Shown: piece after piece, positions 42,063-52,462 of the stretch
Layout: every line of letters starts with the position of its first letter
Position numbering within the stretch: position 1 is the first letter of the stretch
Sequence record: OQ223305.1
Direction: 5' to 3' (one strand)
Source: Escherichia phage EO1
DNA length: 64,000 nt
Made by a program: the position numbers and the translations under genes
The notes under the pieces: model-generated
Told to the model about the DNA's origin: nothing
Databases searched by the model: none
What the model saw: the letters and a program-made list of their open reading frames with translations, nothing else

Positions 42063-42460
42063 TGGCAAATATTAATAAGCTTTATTCTGACATTGACCCA
42101 GAAATGAAAATGGATTGGGACAAAGACGTTTCCAGATCTCTTGGATTAAGGTCAATTAAAAATAGCCTTTTAGGAATTATTACAACCAGGAAAGGGTCAA
42201 GGCCATTTGACCCAGAATTTGGATGCGATTTATCTGATCAGCTTTTTGAGAATATGACTCCTCTTACTGCTGATACTGTTGAGCGTAACATTGAAAGCGC
42301 AGTAAGAAACTACGAGCCACGTATTGATAAATTAGCAGTTAATGTAATACCGGTTTATGATGATTATACTCTGATAGTAGAAATACGCTTTTCAGTCATC
42401 GATAACCCTGATGATATTGAGCAGATAAAACTACAACTGGCTTCCAGTAACAGAGTATAA
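42062..42460 (+). CDS. 25: Baseplate wedge / sheath initiator gp25
   Basis: 132 aa, same length as T4 gp25. Confidence 0.88.
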   Translation: MANINKLYSDIDPEMKMDWDKDVSRSLGLRSIKNSLLGIITTRKGSRPFDPEFGCDLSDQLFENMTPLTADTVERNIESAVRNYEPRIDKLAVNVIPVYDDYTLIVEIRFSVIDNPDDIEQIKLQLASSNRV

Positions 42461-42486
42461 TGCTTCACGTATAAACGTGGTATAAT
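42461..42486 (+). promoter_or_regulatory. MotA-dependent middle promoter for uvsY
   Basis: MotA box TGCTTCA (42461-42467), 13-nt spacer, TATAAT (42481-42486). Confidence 0.6.
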
Positions 42487-42526
42487 GAATCTAAGTCCAT
42501 CCAATAACAATTGAATAGAGAACAAT

Positions 42527-42940
42527 ATGAGATTAGAAGATCTTCAAGAAGAATTGAAGAAAGATGTGTTTATAGATTCGACTAAATTACAGTATGAAGC
42601 AGCTAATAATGTGATGTTATATAGTAAATGGCTCAATAAGCATTCAAGTATTAAAAAGGAAATGCTTAGAATTGACGCGCAGAAAAAAGTTGCTCTTAAA
42701 GCTAAATTAGACTACTACTCGGGACGAGGAGACGGTGATGAATTTAGTATGGACCGTTATGAGAAATCAGAAATGAAGACAGTTCTATCAGCTGATAAGG
42801 ACGTTTTAAAAGTTGATACTTCATTACAATATTGGGGAATTTTATTAGATTTCTGTAGCGGAGCTCTTGATGCTATTAAATCACGCGGATTTGCTATTAA
42901 GCATATTCAAGACATGCGAGCATTTGAGGCTGGAAAATAA
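42527..42940 (+). CDS. uvsY: Recombination mediator UvsY
   Basis: 137 aa, same length and position as T4 UvsY. Confidence 0.9.
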   Translation: MRLEDLQEELKKDVFIDSTKLQYEAANNVMLYSKWLNKHSSIKKEMLRIDAQKKVALKAKLDYYSGRGDGDEFSMDRYEKSEMKTVLSADKDVLKVDTSLQYWGILLDFCSGALDAIKSRGFAIKHIQDMRAFEAGK

Positions 42941-43164
42941 TGAAATATAGCATTGATGATGCTTTTAATTATGAAGAAGAATTTGAAACGGAAATTCAAT
43001 TCTTAATGAAAAAGTATAATCTCAAGCGTCAGGATATTCGTATCCTGGCCGACCATCCATGCGGTGAAGATGTACTTTATATTAAAGGAAAATTTGCCGG
43101 ATATCTTGATGAATATTTTTATTCCAAAGATATGGGCATTGATATGCATATGAGAGTTATATAA
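42940..43164 (+). CDS. Hypothetical protein (uvsY.-1 position)
   Basis: 74 aa, coupled start. Confidence 0.55.
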   Translation: MKYSIDDAFNYEEEFETEIQFLMKKYNLKRQDIRILADHPCGEDVLYIKGKFAGYLDEYFYSKDMGIDMHMRVI

Positions 43165-43167
43165 ATA
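43160..43167 (+). promoter_or_regulatory. Late promoter TATAAATA
   Basis: Exact TATAAATA ~25 nt upstream of the 43193 ATG. Confidence 0.5.
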
Positions 43168-43192
43168 GATATATAATTTAGAGGAGACAATC

Positions 43193-43360
43193 ATGTCAGA
43201 TAAGATTTGTGTTGTCTGTAAAACTCCAATCGATTCTGCATTGGTTGTTGAAACAGACAAAGGTCCTGTACATCCTGGGCCTTGTTATAATTACATTAAA
43301 GAACTACCAGTTTCAGAAAGTTCGGAAGAACAATTAAATGAAACACAACTTTTGCTATAG
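43193..43360 (+). CDS. Hypothetical small Cys-rich protein (uvsY.-2 position)
   Basis: 55 aa; GAGGAG RBS; CVVCK...GPC pattern. Confidence 0.5.
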   Translation: MSDKICVVCKTPIDSALVVETDKGPVHPGPCYNYIKELPVSESSEEQLNETQLLL

Positions 43361-43383
43361 TGTGACCTTTAGTCTATAGTTTT

Positions 43384-43412
43384 GGCCCTTCCTTTTTGGT
43401 TGGGCCTTTTTT
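43384..43412 (+). terminator. Rho-independent terminator
   Basis: ggccc...gggcc stem followed by tttttt. Confidence 0.55.
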
Positions 43413-43415
43413 AAT

Positions 43416-43658
43416 TTAAAAGCTTTCTTCTACTTCATCGTCTGAATCTTCTAATTCAGCTCTTTTTCCTGCCAAAGCATCTCTCACAGAGATGTCATCA
43501 GTGTCTTTTAATTCAGTTTCTTTAACTCTTTTCTTGTAATAAGCTTCAAGTTCTTCTAGACCTTCTAATGTTTGACATGATGCAATTTTACCCATAAATT
43601 CATCAATAGAAGCTTCATAAAGAAATTGTTTAAATTCTAGTAACATCTTTTTCTCCAA
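43416..43658 (-). CDS. Hypothetical acidic protein (uvsW.1 position)
   Basis: 80 aa downstream of uvsW on minus strand. Confidence 0.6.
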   Translation of the reverse strand: MEKKMLLEFKQFLYEASIDEFMGKIASCQTLEGLEELEAYYKKRVKETELKDTDDISVRDALAGKRAELEDSDDEVEESF

Positions 43659-43671
43659 AGGGCCGAAGCCC

Positions 43672-45183
43672 TTATAAATTAACTGTTTTCATTACGTAAT
43701 TAAATTTTTCATCTGCGTAGCGCTGAATACGATCAATTCCGTGTTTTAAAAGATAGTTCAAATGAACGTATTTCTTTTTCGTATTAGCAGATTTTGGCTT
43801 AACACCGCAATCATCAATGAGGTCCCATACCGTTGCGATTGTTTTAGAACCATGCTTACGTAATACGCGACCTATTGTTTGCAATACAATAATTTTAGAT
43901 TTAACACCGTGTGCTAAAATAACGTGATGCAGATTTTTAACTGAAATACCAGTAGAAAATACACCATAACTAGCTACTATAATTATTCCTTTACCGTTTT
44001 CAGCTAGGGTTTTCATTACGTTGCGTGTTTCGGTATCAACTTCCCCTGATACGTAATAAACTTTATCGTATTCATTTTTAATTAAATCGAAAATAGCTTT
44101 ACCGTGCGATACGTGTTTAAACATGACAAAAGCGTTTTCATCTTTTTGTGCAAGTTTAATAGCTAATTTAGCGATCCATTTATTTCTTTTACTGAGCCCA
44201 GTAATAATTTTTATTTCTTCTTGGTAAGTTTTTCCCTTTAATTTAGTAGTGAACTCATCGGGATAGCGAAGAAAAATACTATTAATTTTTAACTCAGTTA
44301 CTTGTCCATCTTCCATTAATTTAGAAGTCGTTACTGGCTTAAATATTTCACCAAACATTCCAACATACTGCATGATATTAGCTTTGCCATCACGCAATGA
44401 ACCTGATAGACCAAATTTAAACATGCAGTTATTTAAACCTGATATGATAGATGAAATACTTTTTCCTGTAGCAAGATGGCATTCATCATTCATCATCATT
44501 CCAAACTGTGAGAACCATTCTTTCGGTTGTTTTACTACAGTTTGCCATGTACCAACAACGACTGGTGCATCATTTTTATATTTATCATCTTTTGATGCTC
44601 CGCCGCCAATTTTCTTTATCATTGCATGACTGAATAAACGATAATCAACAAAGTCATCAGCCATCTGAGTTGTCAGAGCAGTTGTTGGAACAATGATAAG
44701 AATTTTACCTTCATAATTTTCCAAATAATAACGTGCAAGCAAAGCTTGAATTAAAGATTTACCTGCGGATGTTGGAAGATTAAGAATTCTACGACGATTA
44801 ACTAATCCTTCGAACACTGCATCTTTTTGATACCAATGCGGTTCAATTCTTTTATTTCCTGAATAGATTTCTAATTTAGAAAGCCATTCATCAAAATCTT
44901 TTCTTGATAATTCTTCTTTTTCGTTAATTTGTGGGTCAATCCAGGCTTTATAGCCAAAGTTATCACAGAACTTTTTAATTTGCCCGACTAAGCCGAACGG
45001 AAGAAGGCGATTATAATCTAAAAGACGGATTCGTCCATCCCAGTGACCATATTTGTATTTCGGATTAAAACGATACCCATCAGCTTCAAAGCTAAAGAAA
45101 TCACGGAGTTCATGAAATGTACTTTCTTCACAATCAATTCTCACGTGACTAAAATCATAAAAATGTACTTTAATGTCAGTCAT
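43672..45183 (-). CDS. uvsW: UvsW SF2 DNA/RNA helicase
   Basis: 503 aa; Walker A (PTSAGKS) and DEAD-like (NDECH) helicase motifs. Confidence 0.92.
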   Translation of the reverse strand: MTDIKVHFYDFSHVRIDCEESTFHELRDFFSFEADGYRFNPKYKYGHWDGRIRLLDYNRLLPFGLVGQIKKFCDNFGYKAWIDPQINEKEELSRKDFDEWLSKLEIYSGNKRIEPHWYQKDAVFEGLVNRRRILNLPTSAGKSLIQALLARYYLENYEGKILIIVPTTALTTQMADDFVDYRLFSHAMIKKIGGGASKDDKYKNDAPVVVGTWQTVVKQPKEWFSQFGMMMNDECHLATGKSISSIISGLNNCMFKFGLSGSLRDGKANIMQYVGMFGEIFKPVTTSKLMEDGQVTELKINSIFLRYPDEFTTKLKGKTYQEEIKIITGLSKRNKWIAKLAIKLAQKDENAFVMFKHVSHGKAIFDLIKNEYDKVYYVSGEVDTETRNVMKTLAENGKGIIIVASYGVFSTGISVKNLHHVILAHGVKSKIIVLQTIGRVLRKHGSKTIATVWDLIDDCGVKPKSANTKKKYVHLNYLLKHGIDRIQRYADEKFNYVMKTVNL

Positions 45184-45212
45184 GTCTAAATACCATGTAA
45201 TAAATATATCTA

Positions 45213-45220
45213 TATTTATA
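45213..45220 (-). promoter_or_regulatory. Late promoter TATAAATA for uvsW
   Basis: Exact TATAAATA on minus strand ~30 nt upstream of uvsW ATG. Confidence 0.6.
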
Positions 45221-45233
45221 CTGAGGAAATATT

Positions 45234-45914
45234 ATGATAGATAAAGATTATATTGCAGAGCTGAAGGCTCTTGATGATAATAAAGAAGCTAAGGCTAAAT
45301 TAGCTGAATATGCTGAACAGTTTGGTATAAAGGTCAAAAAGAATAAATCTTTTGATAATATCGTTATTGATATTGAAGAAGCCCTCCAGAAGCTCGCTAG
45401 TGAACCTATGCCAGAGACTGATGGGTTATCTATTAAAGACTTAATTAATGCTGCTGATGCTGCAGAGGGATTAAAATATGACGATGAAGAGGTCAATCCA
45501 GAAGCAGCACTTCTGATTGATTCTCCGGTTAAATCTGACATTAAAATTGAAGTGGTAGAAACGGATAAAATTCCTGAAAATATCGATGTTTTGATTGAAG
45601 ATACTCCTTTTGTTGAAGAAAAATTCGAACAGGCTGTAGCTGAGATTATTGAATCTGAAAAGCCGTCTGTATTTACTCTTCCGGAAAACTTTAGTCCGAA
45701 TCTTCAGCTGATTGGGAAAAATCCAGGATTCTGTACTGTTCCTTGGTGGATTTATCAATGGATCGCTGAAACTCCGGATTGGAAATCTCACCCAACTAGT
45801 TTTGAACACGCGTCGGCACACCAAACTTTATTTAGCTTAATTTACTACATTAATCGTGATGGATCAGTTCTAATTCGTGAAACACGCAATTCTTCTTTCG
45901 TAACATTAAAATAA
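45234..45914 (+). CDS. inh: Inh, inhibitor of prohead protease (capsid-internal)
   Basis: 226 aa, position next to hoc as in T4. Confidence 0.8.
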   Translation: MIDKDYIAELKALDDNKEAKAKLAEYAEQFGIKVKKNKSFDNIVIDIEEALQKLASEPMPETDGLSIKDLINAADAAEGLKYDDEEVNPEAALLIDSPVKSDIKIEVVETDKIPENIDVLIEDTPFVEEKFEQAVAEIIESEKPSVFTLPENFSPNLQLIGKNPGFCTVPWWIYQWIAETPDWKSHPTSFEHASAHQTLFSLIYYINRDGSVLIRETRNSSFVTLK

Positions 45915-45923
45915 GGATAACTT

Positions 45924-47054
45924 ATGGCTTTTACAGTTGATATAACTCCTAAAACACCTACTGGAGTTATAGATCAGACTCAGCAGTTTACTGCTACACC
46001 CAGTGGTGAAACTGGAGGTGGAACTATTACCTATGCTTGGACTGTAGATAATGTTCCACAAGATGGAACTGAAGCAACTTTTAGTTATGTACTAAAAGGA
46101 CCTGCCGGTCAAAAGACTATTAAAGTAGTTGCAACAAACACAGTTCCAGATACTGATGCTGAAACAGCAGAAGCTACTACAACTATCACAGTTCAAAATA
46201 AGACACAGACAACTACCTTAGCTGTAACTCCTGATAGTCCTGCTGCTGGAGTGATTGGAACTCCTGTTGAATTTACTGCTGCTTTAGCTTCTCAACCATC
46301 AGGCGCATCTGCTACGTATCAATGGTATGTTGACGACTCTCCTGTTAGTGAAGCAACTTCCGCTACATTTAGCTATACTCCAACTACAAGTGGAGTAAAA
46401 AGAATTAAATGCGTAGCTCAAGTAACAGCGACAGATTACGATACAAAAGAAGTTACTTCTAATGAAGTATCACTGACTGTTAATAAGGAGTCAATGAATC
46501 CACAGGTTACATTGACTCCTCCTTCTATTAACGTTCAGCAAGATGCTTCGGCTACATTTACTGCTAATGTTACTGGCGCACCTGACGCAGCACAAATTAC
46601 TTACTCGTGGAAGAAAGATTCTTCTCCTGTAGAAGGGTCAACTAACGTATATACTATCGATACCTCATCTGTTGGAAGTCAAACTATTGAAGTTACTGCT
46701 GTCATTACAGCAACTGACTATGATAGCAAAACAGTTAAAACAACAGGTCAAGTTCAGGTAACTGATAAAGTTGCTCCGGAACCAGAAGGTGAATTGCCTT
46801 ATGTTCATCCTCTTCCACATCGTACTTCAGCTTATATCTGGTGCGGTTGGTGGGTTATGGATGAAATCCAAAAAATGACTGAAGAAGGTAAAGATTGGAA
46901 AACTGACGACCCAGATAGTAAGTACTACTTGCACCGTTACACCCTTCAGAAGATGATGAAAGACTATCCAGAAGTTGATGTTCAAGAATCACGTAATGGA
47001 TACATCATCCATAAAACTGCTTTAGAAACTGGTATCATCTATACCTATCCATAA
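45924..47054 (+). CDS. hoc: Hoc, highly immunogenic outer capsid protein
   Basis: 376 aa; Ig-like repeats; conserved C-terminal capsid-binding region. Confidence 0.92.
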   Translation: MAFTVDITPKTPTGVIDQTQQFTATPSGETGGGTITYAWTVDNVPQDGTEATFSYVLKGPAGQKTIKVVATNTVPDTDAETAEATTTITVQNKTQTTTLAVTPDSPAAGVIGTPVEFTAALASQPSGASATYQWYVDDSPVSEATSATFSYTPTTSGVKRIKCVAQVTATDYDTKEVTSNEVSLTVNKESMNPQVTLTPPSINVQQDASATFTANVTGAPDAAQITYSWKKDSSPVEGSTNVYTIDTSSVGSQTIEVTAVITATDYDSKTVKTTGQVQVTDKVAPEPEGELPYVHPLPHRTSAYIWCGWWVMDEIQKMTEEGKDWKTDDPDSKYYLHRYTLQKMMKDYPEVDVQESRNGYIIHKTALETGIIYTYP

Positions 47055-47058
47055 TATC

Positions 47059-47085
47059 AGGGGCTTCGGCCCCTTTCTTCATTTT
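47059..47085 (+). terminator. Rho-independent terminator after hoc
   Basis: aggggc-ttcg-gcccct hairpin followed by ttcttcatttt. Confidence 0.7.
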
Positions 47086-47142
47086 GAAAGCACACAAAAC
47101 ACAATCAGAAAACGATGTATATAATGGCACCAACTCGATAAC

Positions 47143-47358
47143 ATGAGATTGATTATGAGAACTGAGGTTGTGGTGTTTACACTCCATGAGTCTGGAAAGT
47201 CATTCATTGAAATTGCTCGTGAATTGAACTTACAGGCAAAAGAAGTGGCTGTATTATGGGCTCGAGCTATGACTGCTAAGAATAAATTTGAGACTCGAGA
47301 AAAAGTTGTCTATAGAAAAAGACATATTAATAAAAAGGTGAAAAATGGAACAGTATGA
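47143..47358 (+). CDS. Hypothetical protein, possible helix-turn-helix
   Basis: 71 aa; SGKSFIEIARELNLQAKEV HTH-like segment; start uncertain. Confidence 0.45.
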   Translation: MRLIMRTEVVVFTLHESGKSFIEIARELNLQAKEVAVLWARAMTAKNKFETREKVVYRKRHINKKVKNGTV

Positions 47359-47623
47359 TCTTTATGAAAATGAATCTTTCGCTAATCAATTACGCGAAAA
47401 AGCACTTAAAAGTAAACAGTTTAAACTAGAGTGTTTTATTAAAGATTTTTCGGAACTTGCTAATAAAGCAGCTGAACAAGGTAAAACATATTTTAGTTAT
47501 TATTGTACTGCTCGCGATAAATTGATTACTGAAGAAATTGGTGATTGGCTGAGAAAAGAAGGATTTAGCTTTAAAGTCAATAGTGATCAGCGTGATGGTG
47601 ATTGGTTAGAAATTACATTTTGA
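47345..47623 (+). CDS. Hypothetical protein
   Basis: 92 aa. Confidence 0.5.
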   Translation: MEQYDLYENESFANQLREKALKSKQFKLECFIKDFSELANKAAEQGKTYFSYYCTARDKLITEEIGDWLRKEGFSFKVNSDQRDGDWLEITF

Positions 47624-47632
47624 GGATTAATT

Positions 47633-48637
47633 ATGTTTAAAAAGTATAGCAGTCTTGAAAATCATTACAATTCTAAATTCATTGAAAAACTTTATAGTTT
47701 AGGATTGACTGGCGGCGAATGGGTAGCTCGTGAAAAGATTCATGGTACAAATTTCTCATTAATTATTGAGCGCGATAAAGCAACTTGTGCTAAACGTACT
47801 GGACCGATTCTTCCTGCTGAAGATTTCTTTGGGTATGAAATTATTTTAAAGAATTATGCTGATTCCATTAAAGCAGTGCAAGATATTATGGAAACTTCAG
47901 CAGTTGTATCTTATCAAGTCTTCGGTGAATTCGCTGGGCCTGGTATTCAGAAGAATGTCGATTATGGCGATAAAGATTTTTATGTATTTGACATTATTGT
48001 TACTACCGAAAGTGGTGATGTGACTTATGTCGATGATTATATGATGGAATCATTCTGTAATACATTCAAATTTAAAATGGCTCCACTTTTGGGTCGTGGT
48101 AAATTTGAAGAACTTATTAAATTGCCAAATGATTTAGATTCTGTCGTCCAGGATTATAATTTTACAGTAGACCATGCTGGATTAGTTGATGCAAATAAAT
48201 GCGTTTGGAATGCCGAAGCAAAAGGTGAAGTATTTACCGCTGAAGGTTATGTATTGAAACCTTGTTATCCTTCTTGGATGCCTAACGGAAATCGTGTAGC
48301 TATTAAATGCAAGAACTCTAAATTTAGTGAAAAGAAAAAGTCTGATAAGCCTATTAAAGCTAAAGTTGAGCTGTCAGAAGCTGATAATAAATTGCTGGGA
48401 ATTTTAGCTTGCTACGTTACACTGAACCGGGTAAATAACGTTATTTCTAAAATTGGCGAAATTGGTCCAAAAGATTTTGGAAAGGTGATGGGACTAACTG
48501 TTCAAGATATTTTGGAAGAAACTTCTCGTGAAGGTATTACTTTAACTCAAGCGGATAATCCTTCTTTGATTAAAAAGGAATTAGTTAAAATGGTACAAGA
48601 TGTACTTCGTCCGGCTTGGATTGAATTAGTGAGTTAA
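47633..48637 (+). CDS. rnlB: RNA ligase 2
   Basis: 334 aa; begins [16 protein letters not shown]; lysine adenylation motif KIHGTN. Confidence 0.93.
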   Translation: MFKKYSSLENHYNSKFIEKLYSLGLTGGEWVAREKIHGTNFSLIIERDKATCAKRTGPILPAEDFFGYEIILKNYADSIKAVQDIMETSAVVSYQVFGEFAGPGIQKNVDYGDKDFYVFDIIVTTESGDVTYVDDYMMESFCNTFKFKMAPLLGRGKFEELIKLPNDLDSVVQDYNFTVDHAGLVDANKCVWNAEAKGEVFTAEGYVLKPCYPSWMPNGNRVAIKCKNSKFSEKKKSDKPIKAKVELSEADNKLLGILACYVTLNRVNNVISKIGEIGPKDFGKVMGLTVQDILEETSREGITLTQADNPSLIKKELVKMVQDVLRPAWIELVS

Positions 48638-48641
48638 ATAA

Positions 48642-48671
48642 AAAGGGACCGAAAGGTCCCTTTGTTTTATT
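48642..48671. terminator. Bidirectional terminator between rnlB (plus) and gene 24 (minus)
   Basis: aaagggacc-gaaa-ggtcccttt hairpin with A/T runs on both sides. Confidence 0.75.
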
Positions 48672-49950
48672 CATCAACGATAATTTTTGGTAGCTTAACA
48701 CCTAATAAAACAGACAAATCTGAACGACCCGCCATTTTATCCATGTCTCCACCATCAATTATTCTTGCTTCTTTTTCATCTTTTGCTACAGTGTAAGGAT
48801 TTGCAGATAAAGCATATCTAACCAATAAACCGATAGATGGCTGCAAACTTTCTGGATCGACTACAACTTTAAATGCACCTACATGTTCAGGGTCATCTAA
48901 GTCAAGACCTTCTGTATACGGAGCATAGAAAATTGATCCGACAATTTCTTTTTCACCGATATTTTCTACTACACCAACGATTACATAATCTAATGGGCTG
49001 TTAGTATCGCAATAAAGCGGTAAACCATTAGCTAAGAACCCATAGGCATTTTGTGAAAGATATTTATCATCTTCTGGTTTATGTTTTAACCAACCTGATG
49101 CAGCAAGAATCGCAGCGGCACGAGCTGAAGCAACACAGAACGTTGCAGTATAAGTTGATTCTTTTTGGATATGCGAAACCATTTCACATACCATTCGGTA
49201 TAATGAACGACCAGCTTCAGGTGCAGATGCATAACTCAAATCAATGAATCCGGTATCAGTAATTCCTGTAACTTTATAGCGTTTTGATACTGTAATCAAA
49301 GACTGTAGAATATCTTTATTGATTTCATCCGCCATTTCAGTTGCAAGCAAATCTTCCAAGAAATTAGGAGCATCGAATCCATTTGCTTCTAAATCTTGTG
49401 CTAATTCAACTGTGATACCAGTTTTAAGTTTACGAGATTTAACAGCGGTTTGCCATTTATTAATCTGGAATCTAGCATCCGCAATTTCGCTATCAGAGCT
49501 TTCAAATTTGCTTGTTACTGCAGCATCAGAAAATAGACGAACCTTTAAAAGAACAATTGCAATCTGAAGAGCTAATTCTAAATCACTTTCTTCAATGGTA
49601 GCAAATGGTGTATCTTCTAATACTTTATAAACGATATTATTATATTTGAATAAATCGCCTTTATTGAGAGTTAATTTAGACTCTTCTGTTAATTCTGTGA
49701 TTTGTTCTCGGTCTACGTACCCAGCTTCGCCAGCGTAAGTAGCACCAGTTTTAAATGTAAATTCGTTATCTGGGTTAAGGTATTTGATACCATAAAAAGC
49801 AGCAACAGGTTGATTAGTTCTTTGCGTTGCTACAATGTCAGAATATATTAATTTAGTGGTAGCGCGAGTCAAAGCAACGAGATTTGGGCGACCGATTGAG
49901 TTGCTATTCGTTGTGGTTGATTCGCGCAGAAGTTCGTTGATTTTAGCCAT
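48667..49950 (-). CDS. 24: Capsid vertex protein gp24
   Basis: 427 aa, paralogous to gp23. Confidence 0.92.
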   Translation of the reverse strand: MAKINELLRESTTTNSNSIGRPNLVALTRATTKLIYSDIVATQRTNQPVAAFYGIKYLNPDNEFTFKTGATYAGEAGYVDREQITELTEESKLTLNKGDLFKYNNIVYKVLEDTPFATIEESDLELALQIAIVLLKVRLFSDAAVTSKFESSDSEIADARFQINKWQTAVKSRKLKTGITVELAQDLEANGFDAPNFLEDLLATEMADEINKDILQSLITVSKRYKVTGITDTGFIDLSYASAPEAGRSLYRMVCEMVSHIQKESTYTATFCVASARAAAILAASGWLKHKPEDDKYLSQNAYGFLANGLPLYCDTNSPLDYVIVGVVENIGEKEIVGSIFYAPYTEGLDLDDPEHVGAFKVVVDPESLQPSIGLLVRYALSANPYTVAKDEKEARIIDGGDMDKMAGRSDLSVLLGVKLPKIIVDE

Positions 49951-49977
49951 TGCGCTTTCCTTTTAGTTTATATGATT

Positions 49978-49985
49978 TATTTATA
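49978..49985 (-). promoter_or_regulatory. Late promoter TATAAATA for gene 24
   Basis: Exact TATAAATA on minus strand ~28 nt upstream of gene 24 ATG. Confidence 0.65.
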
Positions 49986-49990
49986 CCATA

Positions 49991-50020
49991 AAAACAACTA
50001 AAGGGACCCGAAGGTCCCTT
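49991..50020 (-). terminator. Rho-independent terminator downstream of gene 23
   Basis: aagggacc-ttcg-ggtccctt hairpin followed by tagttgttttta on minus strand. Confidence 0.75.
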
Positions 50021-50033
50021 AAATCGTCAAAGA

Positions 50034-51599
50034 TTAGATACCTTTAACATATACACGGCGGAAGTAAGCGTTTTTACCAAGGCTATTCAGAATAGAAGGC
50101 ATACCGCTCTGGATGCGAGAAGCCGGAGCCTGAGCAGCGGATTCTGCAAATGGGTTGATACCGATACCGTAACGAGTTTTGAATCCCATTACTGGTTGGA
50201 AGTTCTTCGGATCGGAACCACGCAGCGGAGTCAGAGCTACATATGGAGCATAGTAAATACCAGCATCCATTTCGTTCGGACCTTTATAACCTACAGTGAA
50301 ATAATCCTGTTTAGCATACTGGTCGATATATACACGGTATTTACCACCCAGAACACCAGCAAATACTGACTTGGTAGTATCAGTGTTAAAGCCTGTAGCC
50401 AGACCCTGTGCAGCATAAGAAATGCCAGTATCAACTGAAGCCAGAACGTTAACTACGTTACGGGAAGCGATAATGAAGTTACCTTCACCACGACCGGTCT
50501 GACGAGCAATTTCAACTGCTTCTTTGTCAATCTGGAACAACAGAGCTTTAAAGGATTCACCCGCCCAGCGAGCACCACGAATATCAATCGGATCCTGGAA
50601 GTCAAATACACCAGCTTTAGAACCCGGAGTTAGGGTCATACCAGATTTACCAACCTGAGCTGAGTAGTTAATCCAATCAACAACTTCACGGTTGATTTCC
50701 AGCATGATTTCGGTAGCCAGAATACCAGACAGTTCAGCATCAGCATCCATACCGTGAACAGCGCGGAGGTCTTGTGCTAATTCGATAGAGTAAGCAGCTT
50801 TCAGCTGACGAGATTTAGCTTCGATAACTTGTTTATCGATACGGAAGCCCATTTCATTCCATGGGTTATCGGTAGAACCGTTGAAACCTTCCTGAAGTTC
50901 AGCGATAGAAGTAGCCATACCTTCAGCGATTTCTACCAGTACACCAGCTTCCATTTGTTTCTTAATTTCAGCATCTAATTTAGCTGCATCAGTTGCGCTT
51001 GCACTAATTGTTACTTGAGCAGAAGCCTGCAGATACACAGTACCAGTGTCCTGGAAGAAGTGAGTATAGATATCACCTACTGTGGTTTCTGTGCTAGCAG
51101 CCAGAGCCGGGAATTTCTTAGCAGCACCCTGGCCAGAGAACATTGCATCTGGACCATACATTGGGTGGAATGCTTCTTTAGCACCGGAAGCGATTGGGTC
51201 TTTACCATATACTGCACGCAGTGCGAATACCTGGCCAGTCGGGCTGTTCATCGGCTGAACACCACAAATATCGAAAGCAATCAGGTTAGGAATAGCACGA
51301 CGTACCATACCCATAACAGCTGGGCCAATCTGAGTTACTGCGCCAGAAGTCTGACCAGCAGCGATGTTAGTAGCATTGTAACCGTGGTCACCACCGATTT
51401 CAGCTTCTGTTAAGAAAGAACCGAACGCCTGAGCGATTTTTTCGTCTTTGTACTCTGGAGCTGTCTGGAAATCTTTTTCCTGGTTTTCAAAGATTTTAGC
51501 GATAATCGCTTGTTTGCTATTAGCAATTTCCGGTAAACCTTCACCTTCCAGTAATGGCTTCCATTTGTTCAAAAGTTCAGCTTTAGTTTTGATAGTCAT
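50034..51599 (-). CDS. 23: Major capsid protein gp23
   Basis: 521 aa, same length as T4 gp23. Confidence 0.95.
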   Translation of the reverse strand: MTIKTKAELLNKWKPLLEGEGLPEIANSKQAIIAKIFENQEKDFQTAPEYKDEKIAQAFGSFLTEAEIGGDHGYNATNIAAGQTSGAVTQIGPAVMGMVRRAIPNLIAFDICGVQPMNSPTGQVFALRAVYGKDPIASGAKEAFHPMYGPDAMFSGQGAAKKFPALAASTETTVGDIYTHFFQDTGTVYLQASAQVTISASATDAAKLDAEIKKQMEAGVLVEIAEGMATSIAELQEGFNGSTDNPWNEMGFRIDKQVIEAKSRQLKAAYSIELAQDLRAVHGMDADAELSGILATEIMLEINREVVDWINYSAQVGKSGMTLTPGSKAGVFDFQDPIDIRGARWAGESFKALLFQIDKEAVEIARQTGRGEGNFIIASRNVVNVLASVDTGISYAAQGLATGFNTDTTKSVFAGVLGGKYRVYIDQYAKQDYFTVGYKGPNEMDAGIYYAPYVALTPLRGSDPKNFQPVMGFKTRYGIGINPFAESAAQAPASRIQSGMPSILNSLGKNAYFRRVYVKGI

Positions 51600-51617
51600 T
51601 TGTGTTAACCTTTAAAA

Positions 51618-52427
51618 TTAGAAACGAGATGCGACTTTCGCATATACACTTACAATATCTTCTGCACCAGGTGCAGCTTTATCTTCTACAGCTTCAGTGA
51701 CGAAATTCAGTCCGGCTGCTTCAGTATCAGGAGTATTTATACCCTCAGTAATAGTGCTTTCATCTTTATTAGACTTCTTCACCATTTCTACGATGGCACT
51801 CAATTTATTTGAGAATTCATCTGAATAATCCATACCTTCGACCAGAGCAGAGACTTTTTCTTTTTGAGACTCAGTCAGATCTTTAGTACTTTCGCTCAAT
51901 GCCACTTCACGCTGCACATAATTGATATATGCGTCACGCTTATTGAGTTCTTCGAACAGACGAGCTGATTCTTCTTTATGTTCTTGCAGCTCTTCTTCCA
52001 TTTCAGCTACAACATCAACTGATTCTTCTGGAACAACAACGTTGTGTTCAACAAAGAGCTCTTTTAATCCACCAAGCATGGATTCAAACAGTTCGGCTTT
52101 GATGCCTTTATCAACTGCTAATTTATTTTCAGCGAGCCATTCTTTCGCAAGATGGTCAATGAATTTAGAAGCTTGCTCAGCGATTTTCTTCTCAGCTTTT
52201 TCTTCGGCTTCTTCTTTATTTTTTTCTACTTCTTCTTCTGCTTTTTCAGCAATTTTAGCGATATGAGATTCAGCTAATTTAACGGCGTGCTGCTTGACGG
52301 TAGCTTCGAATACAGTGCCGAAAGTTTCTTTTGCTTCCGGAGAAATATTAACTGATTCGAAAATACTATCAAGAGCAACGGAAGCATCAATTTTTTGCGC
52401 TTCAGCAATCAGTTGTTCTTTAAGCAT
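51618..52427 (-). CDS. 22: Prohead scaffolding core protein gp22
   Basis: 269 aa, acidic coiled-coil-like. Confidence 0.9.
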   Translation of the reverse strand: MLKEQLIAEAQKIDASVALDSIFESVNISPEAKETFGTVFEATVKQHAVKLAESHIAKIAEKAEEEVEKNKEEAEEKAEKKIAEQASKFIDHLAKEWLAENKLAVDKGIKAELFESMLGGLKELFVEHNVVVPEESVDVVAEMEEELQEHKEESARLFEELNKRDAYINYVQREVALSESTKDLTESQKEKVSALVEGMDYSDEFSNKLSAIVEMVKKSNKDESTITEGINTPDTEAAGLNFVTEAVEDKAAPGAEDIVSVYAKVASRF

Positions 52428-52454
52428 TTTGTAGTCCTGTTGTTTAGATAATAA

Positions 52455-52462
52455 TATTTATA
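52455..52462 (-). promoter_or_regulatory. Late promoter TATAAATA for gene 22
   Basis: Exact TATAAATA on minus strand overlapping gene 21 stop, ~28 nt upstream of gene 22 ATG. Confidence 0.65.

Noticed and set aside
51922-52266. 114-aa plus-strand Ser-rich ORF
   Set aside because: Antisense to the Glu/Lys-rich scaffold gene 22; composition artefact.
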